Notes under the pieces: model-generated
The model's input: the letters and a program-made list of their open reading frames with translations, nothing else
Told to the model about the DNA's origin: nothing
Databases searched by the model: none
Program-made: the position numbers and the translations under genes
Shown here: piece after piece, positions 18,612 through 26,276 of the stretch
Layout of the letters: every line of letters starts with the position of its first letter
Numbering within the stretch: position 1 is the first letter of the stretch
Source of the DNA: Candidatus Micrarchaeota archaeon
Lineage (GTDB): Archaea; Micrarchaeota; Micrarchaeia; Anstonellales; Bilamarchaeaceae
Length of the DNA stretch: 64,000 bases
Assembly: GCA_043821365.1 (NCBI GenBank)
Contig: JBDRCX010000006.1
Span: 544,001 to 608,000 of the forward strand
Direction of reading: 5' to 3'

Positions 18612-19283
18612 ATGGGTAATTGTTCTAGATGCGGCCGCAGCGGAGAGATAGAATATGGTTCTGACGGTCTATCCTATTGTTCTGCATGCATATTCTATGG
18701 TCTAAATAAACCATGCTGGAGATGCCGTATGTATCTTCCTGCTTCTGAACTTCAACAATACAAAGGCCAGTTCACCTGCCCATATTGTATAATGGATATG
18801 CGTGATGAAGATAGAAGGATAGAACAATCAGTAACAAAAAAGCCAAAAGTAGAAATACTAGCATATAATGAAAGATGCGAAAGATGCGGACGTGATCTTG
18901 AAGCAAGAGTTTACATTGTAAATGGAAAAAAACTCTGTAAAAGTTGCGTTGATGCAGAAAAAAACACCTGGGAATTAGTAAGTGGTTCTCCTATGGGTGC
19001 AGGACAAAAAATATCAGTAAAACCAATAATACAAAAGAAAAAAATGGGTCTTCTATCTGCCTTTATCTCTGAAGCATTATATGCACTAAAACTGAAGAGG
19101 AAACCAGTAGAGGAAATAGTTGTTTATGATACAAAAATGCCAATACAGTATGCAAAACCAATGACAGAAAAACCAATGCAAAAAGATGAAAAGAAACCAG
19201 AGACAGAAGGACTTATGGTAATAAAGCCAGAAGTCAAAAAAGCCAAGAAAAGAAGAAAAAAGAAGAAAGGTCAGAACAAATAA
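18612..19283 (+). CDS. Multi-CxxC zinc-finger protein with basic C-terminus
   Basis: Six CxxC motifs: CSRC, CSAC, CWRC, CPYC, CERC, CKSC. Confidence 0.8.
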   Translation: MGNCSRCGRSGEIEYGSDGLSYCSACIFYGLNKPCWRCRMYLPASELQQYKGQFTCPYCIMDMRDEDRRIEQSVTKKPKVEILAYNERCERCGRDLEARVYIVNGKKLCKSCVDAEKNTWELVSGSPMGAGQKISVKPIIQKKKMGLLSAFISEALYALKLKRKPVEEIVVYDTKMPIQYAKPMTEKPMQKDEKKPETEGLMVIKPEVKKAKKRRKKKKGQNK

Positions 19284-19317
19284 AAACCCAACGTCATATT
19301 TTATCCTAGCGGGTTTA

Positions 19318-19833
19318 ATGGTACTTAATTATTCTGAACTTAGAGATATTCAAAAGCGCGAGATGGATTCATCAGCAATAGTTAAGTTGCCAGAAGATTT
19401 CTACCAGGAAGTTTCAAAACTTCTTGCAAAAAAAAATTCTGATGCCGTATCGTCAAAATTGCTTCTTGCAATAAAAGAATACGAGAATATAAAGAAAATC
19501 ATTGTTTCAATATCTAGTAAACGAGAAGAAAAGATAGTTTTAATGGCAGTTAGGGGGGAAAGAGAAGGTCTTGGCCTTACTTTAGAGGAAAGGGAAATGT
19601 TAAAAGAGCTATCCTCAATAATTAAGAAAGCAAGGTCCAAAACTCAGTCTGTATGGGCTGCAGAGGATCCCAAAGCAGGCAATTCAAGAAAAGTAAAAGT
19701 GCTGAAAGATATCTCTCAGTATCGTGGTCTTGATAATGAGATATATGGTCCGTTTAAGGAAGGTGAAGAAAAATCCCTTCCGAAAGCTGAGGCAGAATGG
19801 TTATTAAAAGCTGGAATGGCTGAAATTCTATAG
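19318..19833 (+). CDS. DNA replication factor GINS (Gins51-type)
   Basis: KLPEDFY motif, C-terminal B domain GLDNEIYGPFKEG..AEWLLKAG; conserved position before L44e. Confidence 0.85.
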   Translation: MVLNYSELRDIQKREMDSSAIVKLPEDFYQEVSKLLAKKNSDAVSSKLLLAIKEYENIKKIIVSISSKREEKIVLMAVRGEREGLGLTLEEREMLKELSSIIKKARSKTQSVWAAEDPKAGNSRKVKVLKDISQYRGLDNEIYGPFKEGEEKSLPKAEAEWLLKAGMAEIL

Positions 19834-19891
19834 GTGTAAAAATGCAATGCATTTTTACTTAATAAATGTAATTTTTACAGGGTGATTAAGA

Positions 19892-20170
19892 ATGAAATTT
19901 CCAAAGGAAATAAATGCATATTGTCCTTATTGCAAATCTCACAAAGTGCATAAGGTTAAGGCTGCAAGTAAAGGCAGAGCCAGAACAATGGCAAAGGGAA
20001 ACAGAGCACACAACAGAAGCCTTATGGGGCACGGCAGTAAAAGAGCTGGTGAAAAAACAGTGAGAAAGCAAGGAAAAAAGCAAAAATTAGCATTACAATG
20101 CAGTGCATGCAAGAAAAAACAAGAAAGAATTGTTGGTGGAAGAACAACAAAGAAAATCGAATTCAAGTGA
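19892..20170 (+). CDS. rpl44e: 50S ribosomal protein L44e
   Basis: MKFPKEINAYCPYC..LQCSAC. Confidence 0.95.
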   Translation: MKFPKEINAYCPYCKSHKVHKVKAASKGRARTMAKGNRAHNRSLMGHGSKRAGEKTVRKQGKKQKLALQCSACKKKQERIVGGRTTKKIEFK

Positions 20171-20186
20171 TTATGAGGTTATATTT

Positions 20187-20354
20187 ATGGCTGGCAAATA
20201 TTTGAAAGTAAAATGTAAATGTGGAAATGAGCAAGTTGTTTTTAGTCATACTACTTCGGTGGTAAACTGCAGCGGATGCAAAGAACCGTTGGCACACCCA
20301 TCTGGAGGAACAGCAGTTATCCATGGGGAAGTTTTGGGTGATTTAGATAGTTGA
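20187..20354 (+). CDS. rps27e: 30S ribosomal protein S27e
   Basis: YLKVKCKCGNEQVVFSH..VNCSGC..PSGG. Confidence 0.95.
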   Translation: MAGKYLKVKCKCGNEQVVFSHTTSVVNCSGCKEPLAHPSGGTAVIHGEVLGDLDS

Positions 20355-21093
20355 ACTCCCAGAAGAAGATGAATTAGTTCTTGCAACTATTAAAAAAATC
20401 CAGCCCTATGGTGCATTTTGTACTCTTACTGAATATAATAATATAGATGCATTCTTGCATGTTTCAGAAGTTGCACCTCGTTGGATAAAAAATATCCATG
20501 AATTTATCTCTGAAGGCCAAAGATATGTGGTTAAAGTTCACCATGTTGACAAGGAGAAAAATCAAGTTGATATATCCATAAAAAGAGTGAGTGAAGAAGA
20601 AAAGAAACAAAAACTCGAATTAGTCCAAAACGAAAAAAGAGGTTCAAAACTTCTTGAGATTGCAATCAAAGCAACAAAAACAACAATTGATCTGCCAACT
20701 GCTAAAAAAGAAATTGAAAATTATTTTGATGATGTTTATGCCTGCTTTAAGGAAGTCAATGCCGATGGCGAAGATGTATTAAAAAAATTAGATCTTCCAA
20801 AACCACTTAAAACAAAAATATTTGAAATAGCAAAAAAGAACATAAAGAAGCCAGTTGTAACTGTGGATGCAATAATGACCATTGTCTGTTATTCTCAAAA
20901 CGGTGTTGAAACAATACAAAATGCATTGAAAGTTGATGGTGCCGATATTCACTATCTTGGTGCTCCAAAATACAAAATCTCGTTGACTGCTCCTGATTAC
21001 AAATCTGGAGAGAAAAAACTTCTCAGTATGTTGGAACATATAAAAACCTACGCTCAGAAGAATAATTGTGATTTTAAAGTCCACAGGGATTAG
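20347..21093 (+). CDS. eif2a: Translation initiation factor 2 alpha subunit (apparent non-AUG start at ATA 20347)
   Basis: S1 domain ELPEEDELVLATIKKIQPYGAFCTL..FLHVSEVAPRWIKNI begins just after an in-frame TAG (20344-20346); C-terminal YLGAPKY. Confidence 0.9.
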   Translation: MVELPEEDELVLATIKKIQPYGAFCTLTEYNNIDAFLHVSEVAPRWIKNIHEFISEGQRYVVKVHHVDKEKNQVDISIKRVSEEEKKQKLELVQNEKRGSKLLEIAIKATKTTIDLPTAKKEIENYFDDVYACFKEVNADGEDVLKKLDLPKPLKTKIFEIAKKNIKKPVVTVDAIMTIVCYSQNGVETIQNALKVDGADIHYLGAPKYKISLTAPDYKSGEKKLLSMLEHIKTYAQKNNCDFKVHRD

Positions 21094-21113
21094 TGCGACT
21101 GGAGCTGGTTTTA

Positions 21114-21263
21114 TTGTTTAAGATGAGATTTTGTAAAGTTTGCGAAAGTTATACTCTAACTAACGAACATTGTAGTCTTCAGACGTTATCAGCTCACCCT
21201 GCGAATTTTAATCCAAATGATCCCTATGGAACTTATCGCAGAAAAGTAAAATTTGGTGCTTAA
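21114..21263 (+). CDS. nop10: Nop10 (H/ACA RNP), absent from ORF track
   Basis: LFKMRFCKVCESYTLTNEHC..SAHPANFNPNDPYGTYRRK; conserved position after aIF2alpha. Confidence 0.9.
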   Translation: MFKMRFCKVCESYTLTNEHCSLQTLSAHPANFNPNDPYGTYRRKVKFGA

Positions 21264-21264
21264 T

Positions 21265-22029
21265 ATGGAAAAAACAACTATTATCGAAAAAGTCCAAGTG
21301 AAGAAACTTCGTAAAGCAGTACTTATAACCGGACTTCCTGGCATTGGACTCATTGGTCAAGTTGTTGGAAGATATCTTGTTGATGAGCTAAAAGCAAAAA
21401 GAATTGCAAACTTATATTCACCACATTTTCCCCATCAGGTTTTCATGACCAAAAGAGGTGGAATGAGACTAATAAAAAACAGTTTCTATTTTCACAAAGG
21501 CAAAAAAAGAGACATACTGATTCTGGTGGGAGATATTCAGGCCATGAGTTCAGTTGGTCAGTATGAAGTTGCAAGCAGAACACTTGATTACTGCCAGAAA
21601 ATAGGGGTTACTGAAATTCTTACTGTTGGTGGTTATAGCACTGGTAAAATCTCAGAAAATAGGAAGATTTTCTGTGTAGCAACATCAGATGGTTTAAGGG
21701 AACGATTGAAAAAATTCCATGTTATCTTTGGAGAAGCAAGAGGCTCAATTGTTGGTGCAGCAGGGCTTTTACCTTCATTGTGTAAATTCAGAGGTATGGA
21801 AGGAGCCTGTGTCATGGGCGAAACCCATGGTGGCTATATAGATACTGCTTCAGCAAGACAAATAACAATAATGCTTTCCAAATATCTTGATATCAAACTT
21901 AATTTGAAAAAGCTTGATGAAAGGGCAGCAGAAAGCCAGAAGGTCTTGAAAAAAGTACAGGACGAAGTTCAGAAAACAATGGAAGCCCAAAATGAAGCTT
22001 TGAACAGAAATGTCACATACATAAGATAA
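21265..22029 (+). CDS. PAC2-family proteasome assembly chaperone
   Basis: LITGLPGIGLIGQ..GSIVGAAGLL..MGETHG; conserved neighbour of Nop10. Confidence 0.88.
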   Translation: MEKTTIIEKVQVKKLRKAVLITGLPGIGLIGQVVGRYLVDELKAKRIANLYSPHFPHQVFMTKRGGMRLIKNSFYFHKGKKRDILILVGDIQAMSSVGQYEVASRTLDYCQKIGVTEILTVGGYSTGKISENRKIFCVATSDGLRERLKKFHVIFGEARGSIVGAAGLLPSLCKFRGMEGACVMGETHGGYIDTASARQITIMLSKYLDIKLNLKKLDERAAESQKVLKKVQDEVQKTMEAQNEALNRNVTYIR

Positions 22030-22064
22030 TTAAATTTTCCTCCATTATTATTTTGGGGGATGAT

Positions 22065-22436
22065 ATGCGTGGGCAAATCAGTCTAGAATATCTTTTCATA
22101 TCTGTTATTTCTCTTTGTTTGATCTCAATATCTCTATTTTCCTTAATGGCAATCAGAGATTTTTCTATGAAGGCCATAGAGATCCTAACGTTCAAATTTT
22201 CTGTCTCAACACTTAGCAATATGATTGGTGAAGTATGTGTTATGGGAAACGGAAATTCACAATATCTTTATTTGAATAATCTGTCTGTTGAATCAGTAAA
22301 AGATGATTTTTGGATAGTGAGATTTAGTTCTGGCAACATGTCTATTGTGAAAAAAGCACTCTGCCAAGTAGAAGGAAAAGCAAATGGAGAAACACAAATT
22401 AAGAATGAAAATGGAATAATTATCCTATCAAACTAA
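22065..22436 (+). CDS. Class III signal-peptide (type IV pilin-like) protein
   Basis: MRG|QISLEY followed by a hydrophobic stretch. Confidence 0.8.
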   Translation: MRGQISLEYLFISVISLCLISISLFSLMAIRDFSMKAIEILTFKFSVSTLSNMIGEVCVMGNGNSQYLYLNNLSVESVKDDFWIVRFSSGNMSIVKKALCQVEGKANGETQIKNENGIIILSN

Positions 22437-22462
22437 ATAACAAAGGAGATTCAAAAAGATGG

Positions 22463-22509
22463 CAAGAACGTTGCGACGTTCTTGACTGTCTTGAAATAGG
22501 AATTTCAAG
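22463..22509. repeat. Pair of perfect hairpins between convergent genes
   Basis: caagaacgt-tgcg-acgttcttg and cttgaaat-agga-atttcaag. Confidence 0.75.
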
Positions 22510-22527
22510 TACAACCGTAGGTTCTTT

Positions 22528-22845
22528 TTATATTACAGTAAGCTTTCCAAATTTTCCTAATGTTAATTGGGCAGCTCCTTGCCATTCATTTACATAACCA
22601 TTTTCTATCTTTATCTTGTCTCCAGTTTTTACAGAATCTATCTGTTCATTCCATAGAACAAGAGTAACAGTTCCACTGTCATCCTTTATTGTTGCATTTC
22701 CAACTCTTAATTTTCTCCCGTATTTGTTAATTTCGCGTTCACTGTCCATAGAGACAACTTCGGCTTCGATATTAACACTGCCAGTTCCTGCCTTCAAATC
22801 TTTAATCTTCATACCACTACCTTCAGTTTCTTTCTTTTTTGCCAT
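22528..22845 (-). CDS. ssb: Single-OB-fold ssDNA-binding protein
   Basis: MKIKDLK..VNIEAEVV..VGNATIKDDSGTVTLVLW..KIENGYVNEWQG. Confidence 0.85.
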   Translation of the reverse strand: MAKKKETEGSGMKIKDLKAGTGSVNIEAEVVSMDSEREINKYGRKLRVGNATIKDDSGTVTLVLWNEQIDSVKTGDKIKIENGYVNEWQGAAQLTLGKFGKLTVI

Positions 22846-22909
22846 TTTAATACTCTCCTTTTTTTGTTTGATGTGTGGGTCTAAGGGGGCGTGCCCCTTA
22901 AATAAACAA

Positions 22910-23157
22910 AGCCTCCGGAGGGGATTGAACCCCCGACTTCCTCCTTTCCCGCTTTTCGTAAAAGCGGGACCAAAACTAATTTGCTAATTTTTGCCCAAGG
23001 CAAAAATGGTAAACCAAAAAACCCTGGAGGGTTTTTAAACAATCAGTTTTGATCCAACTTTTTCTAAAAGTTGGTTACAAGAGAGGCGCTCTACCGTTGC
23101 ACGCCTTGCGGACAAATCTTTTACAGATCGCCGTGCAAGACTCTGAGCTACAGAGGC
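22910..23157 (-). tRNA. tRNA-Thr (anticodon UGU) with a 130-nt intron at 37/38 (22946-23075) and a 46-nt D-loop insert (23097-23142)
   Basis: Exons join to GCCTCTGTAGCTCAG|CGGTAGAGCGCCTCTCTTGTA|AGGAGGAAGTCGGGGGTTCAATCCCCTCCGGAGGCT. CUUG/CGGG central helix and AAA bulge at the anticodon intron. Confidence 0.88.
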
Positions 23158-23302
23158 ATGTGCTCAACATATAGCCGATGACATACAGGCCAGATTCATC
23201 TGGTGCGGACATATTAGAAGCACTAATATGTTATCTACTCCATTCGACAGTTTTGGTATTTGACTGATAAAGTTTAAATAACAACTTCCTAAACCATCAT
23301 GT

Positions 23303-24397
23303 ATGGATGTTGAAACAAAAATCGACTTAGTGAAGAAAAAACCAACTGAAGAAGTTGTGACTGAAGATGATCTCAGGTCAATCTTTGAAAATTATGCTCA
23401 CCCTAGACATTATATTGGGTATGAGATATCCGGAATGGTTCATATTGGTTCTGGACTGGCAGTTGGACTTAAGATAAAAGATTTTCTCAAAGCAGGTATA
23501 AAACCAACAATTTGGCTTGCAGATTACCATGCATGGATAAACGGAAAGTTCGGTGGCGATCTTAAAAAAATCCAAAAAATAGGCGAAGGATATTTCAAGC
23601 ATGCATTGATTAGTGCAGGTATTGATGATGAAAAAGTTGATTTTCTCTTAGCAAGTAAAACATATCAAGAAAAACCAGAATTTTGGGCAGACATGCTAAA
23701 AATTTCTAAGGATACCACACTCAATCGTATGCTTCGATGCGTTACTATTATGGGGAGAAAAGAATCTGATAATCTTTACAGTTCAGCTATTGTTTATCCT
23801 GCAATGCAGGCAGCAGATATTTTTCTACTTGATGTACAAATTGCACATGCTGGTATGGATCAAAGAAAAGTGCATATGCTTGCCCATGAACTTGCACCAA
23901 AATTCAATAAAAAAATATGTGCAGTGCATGGCCATCTTCTTCCAGGTTTGCAAGGGCCAGGAAGAATGAATGCACCTGGAGTTGAAACTGGAGTTGATTC
24001 AAAAGTTGATGGTGAGATGGATGCTAAAATGAGCAAATCAAAACCTGATTCAGCAATTTTTGTTCATGATTCAGAAGAAGAAATTGCAAGAAAAATCAAA
24101 AAAGCATATTGTCCTGAAAAAATAATCAAAGGAAATCCAGTAATAGAATATGCCGAATATTTAGTTCTAAGGGACAAACCGTTAAAAGTTGAAAGACCTG
24201 AGAAATTTGGTGGAGATATTGAATTCATAACCTCGGAGGAACTAAAGAAAATCTATACTGATGGGAAACTTCATCCAATGGATCTTAAGGCTGCAGTTAC
24301 CAGAGAAGTTTCTGCTATGCTAAAACCAAGCAGGGATTATTTCAACAAAAATAAAGAATATTTAGACCAACTAAAAGTGGATGATATTACGAGGTAG
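23303..24397 (+). CDS. tyrS: Tyrosine--tRNA ligase
   Basis: YIGYEISGMVHIG (HIGH-like), YPAMQAAD, GMDQRKVHML, KMSKS. Confidence 0.95.
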   Translation: MDVETKIDLVKKKPTEEVVTEDDLRSIFENYAHPRHYIGYEISGMVHIGSGLAVGLKIKDFLKAGIKPTIWLADYHAWINGKFGGDLKKIQKIGEGYFKHALISAGIDDEKVDFLLASKTYQEKPEFWADMLKISKDTTLNRMLRCVTIMGRKESDNLYSSAIVYPAMQAADIFLLDVQIAHAGMDQRKVHMLAHELAPKFNKKICAVHGHLLPGLQGPGRMNAPGVETGVDSKVDGEMDAKMSKSKPDSAIFVHDSEEEIARKIKKAYCPEKIIKGNPVIEYAEYLVLRDKPLKVERPEKFGGDIEFITSEELKKIYTDGKLHPMDLKAAVTREVSAMLKPSRDYFNKNKEYLDQLKVDDITR

Positions 24398-24402
24398 GGG
24401 TC

Positions 24403-24825
24403 GTGTCTTCTCTCTCCAAGGCAATAAAGTTGGCAAGAAAAGTTCATCTCGATCAGTTTCGAAGGGATGGTAAAACACCTTATTTTATCCATCCAAAAAG
24501 AGTTGCAAAGCTTGTGAAGTTGATGGGTGGGTCGGAAGAACAGATCATACTTGCCTATCTTCATGATGTTATTGAAAATTTCAATGGCGATAAAAATTTT
24601 TTATTATCAGAGATAAAAACTATTTTTGGTGAAAAAATATCCAAACTTCTTCTTCTTTTAACAAGGGAAAAAAACCAATCATATGGAGTTTATCTGAGAA
24701 AAATCAGACGTAATAAAACAGTTCTCCTTGTAAAACTATGTGATATGATCGATAATCTTTCAGATGATCCAACGGAAAAACAAAAGATAAAATATTTGTC
24801 CGTGTTTATTGAGCTGGTGGAGTAA
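24403..24825 (+). CDS. Stand-alone HD-domain hydrolase (RelA/SpoT-HD or Mesh1-like)
   Basis: AIKLARKVH..RRDGKTPYFIHP..AYLHDVIE..VKLCDMIDNL. Confidence 0.8.
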   Translation: MSSLSKAIKLARKVHLDQFRRDGKTPYFIHPKRVAKLVKLMGGSEEQIILAYLHDVIENFNGDKNFLLSEIKTIFGEKISKLLLLLTREKNQSYGVYLRKIRRNKTVLLVKLCDMIDNLSDDPTEKQKIKYLSVFIELVE

Positions 24826-24960
24826 TCACATTGGTCTAATATCGCTGTAGTTGCATTTTTTACAAAACGAACCCCAGCAATTTTTGCATCCTATCGCCTT
24901 ACACTTGTAGCATTGTAAAAGCTGATATCCGCTTTTCTTACAACTTGGACATGTGGCCAT
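24826..24960 (-). CDS. Small Cys-rich zinc-finger protein (44 aa)
   Basis: MATCPSCK..CYKC..CKNC..CKKC, four CxxC motifs. Confidence 0.65.
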   Translation of the reverse strand: MATCPSCKKSGYQLLQCYKCKAIGCKNCWGSFCKKCNYSDIRPM

Positions 24961-25011
24961 GTTATTCACATACCCTGTAAGGCTTATAAACATCAACTCT
25001 GTGAAAATTTC

Positions 25012-25605
25012 ATGGATGAAGTGAAAACAGTTTCTGATGCAATGCAAACAACTCAAATTGCTTTAGATGATTATGAAGATCTTTTTTCTGACTTTGATCC
25101 ATCACCATATGGGAAGAGAATACTCTCCACAGATTTTCTCCAAGAGCTTCATAGGCGCTATTCAGAAGATAAAAAAGGAACATTTTGTGTTAATTTCACA
25201 TTGCCAAAAAGTATCCGTTCAGAAAAAATAGAGTCACTTGTCAAAAAAAGATTTAAGGAATATTTTAGAAAAGAATTAAAAACTCTTGAAAAAACAAAAA
25301 AAGAGCAGACAAAAAATGGTCTAATCCGTATTTTTGCCGGTGCAATTCTTGCGATATTTTTAGTTATAATTCCAGAACTTGATTCTGAACCATTTCTGAC
25401 AATTTTCTCAGTTCTTATCTGGTACACTTTATGGTCTGGTTTTGAAAAACTTTTCGAGTCCTCAAAATTACTTACTAATGAAATAATCTTTACTGAAAAA
25501 TTCCTAAAAGCAGATTACAAATTTGTTTCTGAAGAAGAGGTTGTTGAAGTTATACAAAAGATTCAGGAGACTCCAAAGGAGCAGAAACCTCCAGAAAGTT
25601 CTTGA
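25012..25605 (+). CDS. Hypothetical membrane protein
   Basis: IALDDYEDLFSDFDPSPY N-terminus and two C-terminal TM helices. Confidence 0.75.
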   Translation: MDEVKTVSDAMQTTQIALDDYEDLFSDFDPSPYGKRILSTDFLQELHRRYSEDKKGTFCVNFTLPKSIRSEKIESLVKKRFKEYFRKELKTLEKTKKEQTKNGLIRIFAGAILAIFLVIIPELDSEPFLTIFSVLIWYTLWSGFEKLFESSKLLTNEIIFTEKFLKADYKFVSEEEVVEVIQKIQETPKEQKPPESS

Positions 25606-26161
25606 TCATATTTTCCCCGTACTCACTGTGCCAGACTTCAGGATGGAATTGCACACCAAATATTGGTAATGCCCTATGTCTCATTGCTTCTATCCCACAA
25701 TTAGTTGAATGTGCAAGCTTTACAAAATTTTCCGGAAGTTTTTTAACTTCGTCAAAGTGTGATACCCAAACACGTAATTTTGGTGGCGCTCCATTGAATA
25801 TAATATCATTATCATCAATTTTTATACTTCCCATACCATACTCTGCACTTTCTCCTTTTGCCACTTCCCCTCCCCATACTTGTGCAATCATCTGATGTCC
25901 ATAACAAACTCCAAATAAAGGAAGTTTTATATGTTCATCTCTGACTTTTTCACAAATCATTGAACTTAGATTCGGAGGATCTTCGTAGACAGAGTTTGGA
26001 CCACCAGAAAGAATAATTTTTGCAACTCCTGATTTCAAGAATTCATCTACTTTATCATATGTTGCTCTATTATACAACATCTCGGCCTCGTAGCCAAGTT
26101 CCCTACAATTTCTTTTTATCAAATGGGTGTATTGGGATCCATTATCAATGATAAGAATCAT
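25550..26161 (-). CDS. guaA: GMP synthase glutamine-amidotransferase subunit A
   Basis: ILIIDNGSQYTHLI, LSGGP, GVCYGHQ, VWVSHFD, QFHPEV. Confidence 0.9.
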   Translation of the reverse strand: MILIIDNGSQYTHLIKRNCRELGYEAEMLYNRATYDKVDEFLKSGVAKIILSGGPNSVYEDPPNLSSMICEKVRDEHIKLPLFGVCYGHQMIAQVWGGEVAKGESAEYGMGSIKIDDNDIIFNGAPPKLRVWVSHFDEVKKLPENFVKLAHSTNCGIEAMRHRALPIFGVQFHPEVWHSEYGENMIKNFLEVSAPLESPESFV

Positions 26162-26276
26162 GCTATGAATAAGTTTGGAATAGTTTATATTTTTTAAGTT
26201 ACCTACCTCAAAAAAAAACAGCAATATTTATAAATAAGAAAGCGCCTTTAATGTAAGGTATGCCGAGGCGGAGTAT

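Noticed and set aside
22616-22987. 123-aa plus-strand ORF
   Set aside because: It is antisense to ssb and tRNA-Thr.
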